Shown here in pieces: positions 30,372 to 37,315 of a stretch of 64,000 nt of DNA. The stretch's first letter is position 1. The number at the start of each line of letters is the position of its first letter. The stretch lies in the IMG/VR virus record IMGVR_UViG_3300025121_000282, positions 1 through 64,000 of that record. One strand, 5' to 3'. The notes under the pieces were generated by a model, which saw nothing but the letters and a program-made list of their open reading frames with translations, searched no databases and was not told the DNA's origin. A program made the translations under genes and the position numbers.

Positions 30372-30995
30372 ATGAAGTATCAATTTGCTACCGACAAAGA
30401 CCCTAATTCTTTAGGGACTGGTGTAAACCTCACTCCAGCCCAAAAAGAAGATAAAGAGGCCCGTCGTCTGGTACGCCCTGCACCTAAATTTAGAAATGTC
30501 AGAAGGGATGTCAGAAGAGAAATTGTAATTGACCCCACAGAGCCAGAAACAGGGTCAAAAGAGATAATCGCTTCGGAGTCTAAGTTAGTTTTAGTTTTTG
30601 ATGATGACGATTTTGACGATGACCCGTATAGGTTAGCTCAGGCGTGTGACATCAGACCATCTAATGTACACGACTTTTTGTGCGGCCATGTGAACGGCAA
30701 AAGAAAAGTAGTTTCTGCTCTCTTTTGTGGAGTGTCTGGTGACACAATGAGTTTTGATATTGTGGTAGACCCAGAATACAGAAGGCTTGGTTTAGCAAGT
30801 GACTTGGTAAAAGTGGTTATAGATGAGTACGAATCAAACCGAGAAGCAGTCCCAGACTTAGTATTGCAAGCAGACGCAGTTAACCCAAACATGCAAAAAA
30901 TATTATTGGATAATGGTTTTAAAATTACTAGGCCCTCTCACAGTGGTTATAACATGGAAAAAGTCTCTTCACTCCTAAGACACTCCCTGCGTTAA
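30372..30995 (+). CDS. GNAT-family acetyltransferase with basic N-terminal extension
   Basis: Acetyl-CoA motif A 'IVVDPEYRRLGLASDLV' and motif B 'AVNPNMQKILLDNGF'. Confidence 0.75.
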   Translation: MKYQFATDKDPNSLGTGVNLTPAQKEDKEARRLVRPAPKFRNVRRDVRREIVIDPTEPETGSKEIIASESKLVLVFDDDDFDDDPYRLAQACDIRPSNVHDFLCGHVNGKRKVVSALFCGVSGDTMSFDIVVDPEYRRLGLASDLVKVVIDEYESNREAVPDLVLQADAVNPNMQKILLDNGFKITRPSHSGYNMEKVSSLLRHSLR

Positions 30996-31048
30996 ATCTT
31001 CTATATTTGGTTGAGTTCAACCACTCAGTGGTTGTCAACACTGCTTAA

Positions 31049-31453
31049 GTGGTTGTAGACCGCACTTCAAAAGGTAAACTAATGCCATCAAATATTGAAC
31101 AGGCCAGAAATTGGATCAGCAGACTGGATCGCTGCGCCTCTATGTGCGAAAAAAAGTTTGCTGATCTTGGTCTCACAGCAGACCAAGGTGTTAAGATGGC
31201 ATCAAAAATCGATTTAATATCTGATGCTATTGAAATTAAGTACCTTGGGAAAGAGTCATTTAAGGCCAGAGTTTCTGGGGTGTTAAACCGCGACCCAGAC
31301 GAGTCTTACATGGACTCTTTTTCTGAAGATGGTGTTATAGATGGACTCATGAATTGGGACGAGTTCATGGCAGACTTTAAGAATCAAGACGAGGCTGCCA
31401 TACCGCCCGCCGCTGTTAGTGGTAATGGTGGGAATTTTGCGTCCAAAGGTTGA
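31049..31453 (+). CDS. hypothetical head-module protein (probable start ATG 31082)
   Basis: Acidic C-terminus and KMAS motif; lies between the portal and protease genes. Confidence 0.6.
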   Translation: MVVDRTSKGKLMPSNIEQARNWISRLDRCASMCEKKFADLGLTADQGVKMASKIDLISDAIEIKYLGKESFKARVSGVLNRDPDESYMDSFSEDGVIDGLMNWDEFMADFKNQDEAAIPPAAVSGNGGNFASKG

Positions 31454-31465
31454 GTAGGTACTAAA

Positions 31466-32032
31466 GTGGAAACACCCGCACCCAATGATGAGTACCATCC
31501 CGATTCCAGAGAATTGGGGAACCATTATAATGTGGGTGATTTTGTAGCTAGACAATTACCTGATGGCGGTATCACTGACGTAGTTGGCGTAATCACCGCC
31601 GTTCTCCGTAAAATTGGATTTGTAGACGTAGAGTTTCCTACAGGAAATGAGCGGATTTCCATTGTAGAAGTGTGGAAAGTACCTAAGGACTCCATATTTT
31701 ATGCCCCCGCTACGCTGAACACTTCCATGGAAACATGGGACACCTCTATGTCTAGATATCTAGATGGGGTTAATTCTGGGTATAGCTACGCTCACCCAAG
31801 AGTTAGCAGTGTTGTTTCGAAGCACATGTTTCGTACATACAGCCCTGTAGTCTCCTTTATTAAAAGGGCTTTCTCAGCGGGGCTTTCTTCAAAACAGATA
31901 ACTGATGTGCTTGGGCGTGTTTTACCTTCCAATTCATTTGTTGAAATGCAAGAATTGGTCGCACACGTCCATGGCGAAGTCTTTAGAAGCAAATTGCCTT
32001 TACTCCAAATGGATAATATAACGGTGAGTTAA
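31466..32032 (+). CDS. hypothetical head-module protein with SH3/KOW-like N-terminal fold
   Basis: 'VGDFVAR...GVITAV...VDVEFP'; coupled to the protease gene. Confidence 0.55.
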   Translation: METPAPNDEYHPDSRELGNHYNVGDFVARQLPDGGITDVVGVITAVLRKIGFVDVEFPTGNERISIVEVWKVPKDSIFYAPATLNTSMETWDTSMSRYLDGVNSGYSYAHPRVSSVVSKHMFRTYSPVVSFIKRAFSAGLSSKQITDVLGRVLPSNSFVEMQELVAHVHGEVFRSKLPLLQMDNITVS

Positions 32033-33498
32033 TGGGGTTTATACGAACGGCTGAAGCTGCTGTCATACACACGGGCTGGACTCGTGAGCAGTGGGGTCGT
32101 ATTCGTGACGAGGCAAAAGACCAGGGCGGCAATGACCGTTTGGCCTCCGTTAATGAAGAATTTAGGCACTTTGACCCTAGCAAGTATTTGTTATCTCATC
32201 TAACAATAATGTGTTCTGTTGATGTGGAAGAGTCTCCACTACCGTTAGGTAAATTCAACTCTTCAAAAATAAAGTCTTCTTCGCTAACTAAGTTTCTACC
32301 CGGCTACGGCATAACTAATCGCAATTTCTCAGATTTTTTAGTTAAGCCTGAACACTCTAAGTACGTGAATGGCAACGGTGACTGTTGGGAACGGAAGCTT
32401 TTACTCTCTGCGTACAAGACCTTTATAGGCGGGGCAAACTATTATGAACACTTACAGGTCCCGGAATTAAATAAGGGCATAATAGTAGATGCTGTCGCTC
32501 GCGATGTCGGGGACACAATTTACATCGACCTGTTGAAAGCAACTGATCGTAAGCACACATATATAACAGAAGACCTTGAGTCGGATGTGCTTAATACAGC
32601 AAGTATGGGGTGTAACGCTTCCTTTGCTATTTGTACTAGATGTGGAAACGTTGCTATAGAAGACACGGACGTCTGTGATTGCGTGTCTCAGGGCTATAAG
32701 CTCAGTTATTACACTGACAACGACATTCGCAGGATCGTGGCTGAGCTAATAGGCCACTGGTCCGACCCCAATTCTTGTGTATTTTTTGAGTCGTCATGGG
32801 TTCGCAATCCAGCCTTTAAAGGCGCTGTAAAACGCAAAATTTTGACCCCACTTGAGGTAAACTCCTCCTCTGGTGTCCCTATCACATTTCCCGAACTAAG
32901 GGTAGCCTCTTTAACGGCCACTCGGTCGGCCCGAGTTGCTAACTTAATGTGGCCCCTACTTGTTGGAAATGTTATGGCCGATGGTACTCCTCAAAAAGGA
33001 CAAGACACTCGGCCCGATGCTCTTAAAAAGTTATACCCACAAAAAACTGCCCCTCCTGCTGAACCCGTTGTGGAGGAGCCTGAGGAATCAGACCCATCCA
33101 CTAAAGAGGAACCAGCACCTCCTCCTGAAGATATTGCCCCGCAGCAGGAGGAGTCTGTAGACCCTCCTGTGGCTGAGCCAGAGCCAGAGCCTGTTGAAGA
33201 CAGGTCCCCCGTTGAGTTGGACATACAGGATGCCAAAGACGCTCTTCGTCAGACGCTCCTGGAGCAGGTTGTAGACGAACTCACAGACAAAAATAAAAAA
33301 GAGTACGTCCCTGATCCTAACCAAGATAACAATCTGTTTGCTACTGTAGCATTGAAGCACATAAATCGTGGTAGAGTAGCCTCAGTTTTGTTTAAATCTG
33401 AAAATGATGTGCATACCACTAAGTACATACAAGCCTTAGCATCAAAGATTGGTGCAGTGCACACCTCCAGACAACCGTCTGGAATTAGACGCCCGTGA
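32032..33498 (+). CDS. prohead (maturation) protease, HK97/herpes assemblin-like, with zinc-ribbon insert and acidic Pro-rich tail
   Basis: His 'YYEH', Ser 'TASMGC', 'ICTRCGN..CDC' insert and 'FESSWVRNPAF' (ExSxVxxPA-type motif). Position before the scaffold and capsid genes. Confidence 0.78.
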   Translation: MGFIRTAEAAVIHTGWTREQWGRIRDEAKDQGGNDRLASVNEEFRHFDPSKYLLSHLTIMCSVDVEESPLPLGKFNSSKIKSSSLTKFLPGYGITNRNFSDFLVKPEHSKYVNGNGDCWERKLLLSAYKTFIGGANYYEHLQVPELNKGIIVDAVARDVGDTIYIDLLKATDRKHTYITEDLESDVLNTASMGCNASFAICTRCGNVAIEDTDVCDCVSQGYKLSYYTDNDIRRIVAELIGHWSDPNSCVFFESSWVRNPAFKGAVKRKILTPLEVNSSSGVPITFPELRVASLTATRSARVANLMWPLLVGNVMADGTPQKGQDTRPDALKKLYPQKTAPPAEPVVEEPEESDPSTKEEPAPPPEDIAPQQEESVDPPVAEPEPEPVEDRSPVELDIQDAKDALRQTLLEQVVDELTDKNKKEYVPDPNQDNNLFATVALKHINRGRVASVLFKSENDVHTTKYIQALASKIGAVHTSRQPSGIRRP

Positions 33499-33515
33499 AG
33501 GGTGTGGAGTAGACC

Positions 33516-34454
33516 ATGTCTGATCGTAATCGTTCCACCTGGAGCCGGGCGGCTGCAACCAATCGTCAGGCCGACCCGTTCACAATGAACCAGACTCGCG
33601 TTCAGCCCAGTGAGGATGCCTATGCAAATGGGGACCCGTCAACTTGGGGTGAAGATGTGGACCACAGCAACATGTGGAAGAATGAGACACGTAATGAGAT
33701 CGGCCAGCCTGTGCCGCACTCTAACGTGATAGATTCCGCGCTGCAGGTAGAGGAAGCTGCCCGTGTTGCTGCCCAGAAAGCGGCAACAGCGGCAACTACT
33801 CCTCCCCCCGTAGACCCCACCATTTTTCAGTATCACCTGAAGAGAGCAAAGCTCGCAACTATGATTGCAGAGTCTATGCTTCCTGGTGGCACCTCCGACG
33901 AGGTTGTTGTGGCCTCAGCCGGACATCTGATGTACCTCCCGGACACGGCTCTTGCAGGGCTGAGAGAAGTTCAGCGTAATGCTGGTCTGGTTAAGTATGC
34001 CAAGGAAGAGGCACCCGCTCCCGAGGCTCCCGCTCCCGAGGTTGTGGCACCCGCTCCCGAGGCTCCCGCTCCTGTGAATGCCTCAATGGACTTTGACGCA
34101 GAATTAGAAGCAGCACTTTTTGCTGGTACAGAAGAAGGTCAGGGCGGAGATAATGGTATAGAACTGCCCTCTTGTGATCTTGGCCTTGAAGACCCGGCCG
34201 AGGGTGTAGACCCAATTATAGCAGCACTGTTTGAGCAGGCACTACCCGCCCCCGTAGTGCGTGCGGCCTCGGTTACTCGGACAGCTTCCCAACAGCCCCA
34301 GGCCCCTGCTACGCCGCAGCGGCTGGGTGCGGCGCCCAGAGCGAGAATGGCCTCTGGGGACGCAAACAGAGCGTCAGCTGACCTTTCGGCCCTTTGGAGT
34401 TCAGAGCCCGACGTGTCAGCCCACTTTGGGACCCCCATCAGCATCAAAGACTAA
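33516..34454 (+). CDS. probable capsid scaffolding protein
   Basis: Ala/Pro/Glu-rich low-complexity protein between the protease and the decoration/capsid genes; strong GGAG ribosome-binding site. Confidence 0.6.
   Translation: MSDRNRSTWSRAAATNRQADPFTMNQTRVQPSEDAYANGDPSTWGEDVDHSNMWKNETRNEIGQPVPHSNVIDSALQVEEAARVAAQKAATAATTPPPVDPTIFQYHLKRAKLATMIAESMLPGGTSDEVVVASAGHLMYLPDTALAGLREVQRNAGLVKYAKEEAPAPEAPAPEVVAPAPEAPAPVNASMDFDAELEAALFAGTEEGQGGDNGIELPSCDLGLEDPAEGVDPIIAALFEQALPAPVVRAASVTRTASQQPQAPATPQRLGAAPRARMASGDANRASADLSALWSSEPDVSAHFGTPISIKD
34011..34072 (+). repeat. 26-bp direct repeat (period 36) encoding APAPEAPAP
   Basis: gcacccgctcccgaggctcccgctcc at 34011-34036 and 34047-34072. Confidence 0.9.
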
Positions 34455-34477
34455 ATAGAACTCAATCATAGCTAGCA

Positions 34478-34526
34478 GCTGAGGCCAACTTTCCGTAACA
34501 AGGAAGTTGGCCTCAGCCGTATTTGG
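34478..34526 (+). terminator. GC-rich hairpin with GTATTTG tail after the scaffold gene
   Basis: Perfect 14-bp inverted repeat gctgaggccaactt (34478-34491) / aagttggcctcagc (34504-34517), followed by cgtatttgg. Confidence 0.65.
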
Positions 34527-34618
34527 ATATCAAAGTTGGCCCAAACCTCGTTAAACCTTAAATCAAATGTTAGGTGTTAGGTGTTCATACCGTACTTGTA
34601 GTTTAAGGAGAATCAAAA

Positions 34619-35239
34619 ATGGCAGGTCAGTCTAATGCTGATTTCAAGGGAAGCAGCGATCGACTTCGAATTTTGTATCGAGGCCACTCGAATTCTAGTT
34701 CGAAGCTAACGGAAGATGCTTACACTAACACCAACCCTCCGATTGCGGCGCTTGCTGGAGTTGCCAGCAGCACCCTGACCGGAATCACCAAGACTGGTGT
34801 TCTTGGCTCCTCGGTGGCTGTCACCCGTCCGGATGCTGGTGGTGGCTACATTGGTGGCCCTCCGTCAAATGAGGCTCTCGAAGGCAACTTCCGCCCCCTC
34901 GGTCTCTTCCGTCGTGACGCCAATGGCCTCCCGAATGAGAACGACCCGGGCGTTGCATCGGAAAAGACTGCTTACCTCCACGGCGGTGGCCAGTATGGAT
35001 GCCAGTTGTACGAATCCAAGATTCTAAACACTGGCGCCGCACTTTCGCCGTCTTGGACCAGTGGTGTTCTGGTTTATTGCTCCCGCAATGGTCTCATCAC
35101 CACGCTGGACAACGCCAACAACACCCTGGAGCGGGTTGCTGCTCACAGCATGTCTCCTGCCACTGGCACCGTGATGGGCGTGGTTCTTATGGGCCCGACT
35201 TCGGCAATTGCTGAGGTTACGCTCGACCTTCACGTTTAA
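34619..35239 (+). CDS. putative head decoration/cement protein (paralogue 1)
   Basis: Gly-rich beta protein upstream of the capsid gene with an AAGGAG ribosome-binding site; clearly homologous to the next ORF. Confidence 0.6.
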   Translation: MAGQSNADFKGSSDRLRILYRGHSNSSSKLTEDAYTNTNPPIAALAGVASSTLTGITKTGVLGSSVAVTRPDAGGGYIGGPPSNEALEGNFRPLGLFRRDANGLPNENDPGVASEKTAYLHGGGQYGCQLYESKILNTGAALSPSWTSGVLVYCSRNGLITTLDNANNTLERVAAHSMSPATGTVMGVVLMGPTSAIAEVTLDLHV

Positions 35240-35250
35240 TTGGAGGTCAC

Positions 35251-36036
35251 ATGAGCTACTTTGGAATCTCAAATCAGGATTTTAAGGGGCTAGCCGGTCG
35301 GCTTCGCATCCTTTATCGGGGCCATGGCAACTGCATGGCAGTCCTGGTGGATGACGCCTACACCCAGGCTAACCCGGGTCAGGCCATCGTATCAGATGAA
35401 GCCACCCCCACTTCCAGCACCTTGACGGGTGTTACGAAGCGTGGTGTGCTTTCTGGTTCGGTAGCTTTCACTCGTCCTTCCACATCAGGCAACGTGGCTG
35501 TGGATAACATGGTAGGTGGCCCTCGTCGTCGTGGTGGTTCCAGCATCGGGGCCGCTAACGCTGAACAGGCCGTAGATGGCACCAACGCCCACGCAGAAGA
35601 TGCACGGACGCACGTAATTGGCCTGTTTATCAACGATGCAATGGGCAACCAGAGCTTCGACAATCAGGCAGGCGTTGCATCGGGTAAGATTGCGTATCTT
35701 TCTGGTCCCGTTGGGTCGGTGGGCGTCCAGGTCTACGAGACCCGGCAGCAAATTGACTGGGCCCGTGGCGGGGCTGGGGCGGCTGTCTCTTGGGGCAGTG
35801 GTCAGTATGTGTACGGGTCTATAAACGGACTTGTCACCAACCTTGTTCGTGATGCTCTGGAGTCCTATTCCACTGGCGTACTGAATGATGCCGGTAATGG
35901 ACTTACTGATGCAGCCGGTGGAGCAGTGGCCGCTCCGTCAGTGTCCATCATGGGAACCACTAAGTTCGGGCCTACTGCGGCTTTGCCAGAGGTCTGTTTT
36001 GACATGCGCTTGTTCAAGTACCGTACGGTCGCTTAA
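35251..36036 (+). CDS. putative head decoration/cement protein (paralogue 2)
   Basis: Shares 'DFKG...RLRILYRGH', 'STLTG(I/V)TK.GVL' and 'GVAS.K.AYL' with 34619..35239; GGAGG ribosome-binding site. Confidence 0.6.
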   Translation: MSYFGISNQDFKGLAGRLRILYRGHGNCMAVLVDDAYTQANPGQAIVSDEATPTSSTLTGVTKRGVLSGSVAFTRPSTSGNVAVDNMVGGPRRRGGSSIGAANAEQAVDGTNAHAEDARTHVIGLFINDAMGNQSFDNQAGVASGKIAYLSGPVGSVGVQVYETRQQIDWARGGAGAAVSWGSGQYVYGSINGLVTNLVRDALESYSTGVLNDAGNGLTDAAGGAVAAPSVSIMGTTKFGPTAALPEVCFDMRLFKYRTVA

Positions 36037-36061
36037 TCTTAATCAGTAGAGGTAAAAGAAA

Positions 36062-36937
36062 ATGTCAGTAAGTAACGCAGTGAAGCAGCAGAAGATTGCT
36101 GAACTCATTGGATCTCAGGGCGGCCGTGACATTATCGCCCGTTCAATGATTCAGCCCCTTCGGTCCCGTCGTGACTATTTCGCTGTAGGGCGTAAGTCAC
36201 TCCACGTCGAGCAGCTTCCCGATGGTGCGCTCCCGATTTATGACAAGGATGTGGACGTCGTCGCCTACATCGTGTCGGAAGAGGGTGATAACATCGTTGC
36301 TGTGCAGAAGCCTCGCCGGGTTCATTTCCCGACCTTCGAGATTGCTGCCAACCCTGAGATTCCCCTGTCTCAGATCCGCCAGCGCCGGTTCGACGTGATC
36401 GACCGGTCGCAGGACGCGGCCAGAAGCCAGATTCAGGCTGCTGAAGACCAGCGGTACTTTGCTACCCTGGATTCGGTTGCTGTTGACGGCTACGACAATG
36501 TGTCGGGCTCGGCTGCACGTGACGTTCAGGTCATTGCTCCCATCTCCCCCAGCGTTCTTGCTGAGGCCTTCTCGGAGATTGAGCAGAACGACCTCCAGGT
36601 CAGCCGGATGTTCTTCAATGCGAAGGACTACAGCGACGTCCGCAAGTTCGGCAGAGACATCCTGGACATCGAGTCCCAGGCCGTCCTGCTGAAGACCGGT
36701 CTGATGGCGCAGCTTTGGGGCGCGCAGATCATGATCAGCCGACTGGTCCCCCAGGGCTTCGTTTATATCGTCTGCGAGCCGCTGTACTTGGGGAGAATGC
36801 CAGTACGCACAGAACTCACCGTAATATCCGCTGATGACCCTAGACGCCGTATGATAGGCTTCTCGGTCTTCGAAGAGATTGGCATTGGCGTGTATAACCC
36901 CGCTGGCGTCACCCGTCTCGTGGTACAGCGCGGTTAA
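36062..36937 (+). CDS. major capsid protein (HK97-like fold, no delta domain)
   Basis: 291 aa with the strongest C/G-ending codon bias in the window; 'VEQLPDGALPIYDKD' and 'FPTFEIAANPEI' resemble large-phage capsid proteins. Last gene of the head operon, followed by a hairpin. Confidence 0.8.
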   Translation: MSVSNAVKQQKIAELIGSQGGRDIIARSMIQPLRSRRDYFAVGRKSLHVEQLPDGALPIYDKDVDVVAYIVSEEGDNIVAVQKPRRVHFPTFEIAANPEIPLSQIRQRRFDVIDRSQDAARSQIQAAEDQRYFATLDSVAVDGYDNVSGSAARDVQVIAPISPSVLAEAFSEIEQNDLQVSRMFFNAKDYSDVRKFGRDILDIESQAVLLKTGLMAQLWGAQIMISRLVPQGFVYIVCEPLYLGRMPVRTELTVISADDPRRRMIGFSVFEEIGIGVYNPAGVTRLVVQRG

Positions 36938-36971
36938 TCTCAGCGGTCTTCCAGACCGTTTTTCGTTCATA

Positions 36972-37018
36972 ATCAACCCGAGGAGCCCGTTAAAGTTCCT
37001 CGGGTTGATGTGTATTTG
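36972..37018 (+). terminator. hairpin with GTATTTG tail after the capsid gene
   Basis: 13-bp inverted repeat atcaacccgagga (36972-36984) / tcctcgggttgat (36997-37009), followed by gtgtatttgg. Confidence 0.7.
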
Positions 37019-37020
37019 GG

Positions 37021-37170
37021 ATTCTTGTTAGTACTTTATACCAATCTTGGCTATATGTCTATTATGTTGTTTAAAGACACTTTCTTGTTACTAGGTTATA
37101 TGTCCCCAACTCGGTGTTAGTTCTTTGTTATTGTTCTGAGTGTTACTAGGCCGTATGCCTATTTAAACTT
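37021..37170. repeat. imperfect direct repeats in a T-rich intergenic region
   Basis: ttcttgtta at 37022 and 37082; tgttactagg at 37085 and 37141; tatatgtc at 37052 and 37097. Confidence 0.55.
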
Positions 37171-37255
37171 AGTACAAATTATTTTATCTCTCCAAAGACA
37201 ACAAGACCAATAATTATTTTGTGGGTACTGTCTGTACTATTGTTTATTTTTTATA

Positions 37256-37285
37256 TTGCGCTGAGCAGCCCCGATCTTGTATAAT
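37256..37285 (+). promoter_or_regulatory. candidate sigma70-type promoter
   Basis: TTGCGC (37256-37261), an 18-nt spacer, then TATAAT (37280-37285), with an AT-rich upstream tract; 30 nt before the ATG. Confidence 0.45.
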
Positions 37286-37315
37286 GTTGTAACACAGCAT
37301 AGGAAATAAACAAAA

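Noticed and set aside
36197-36976. 259-aa minus-strand ORF
   Set aside because: It is an antisense shadow of the capsid gene, expected from strong C/G third-position bias; no motifs or ribosome-binding site.
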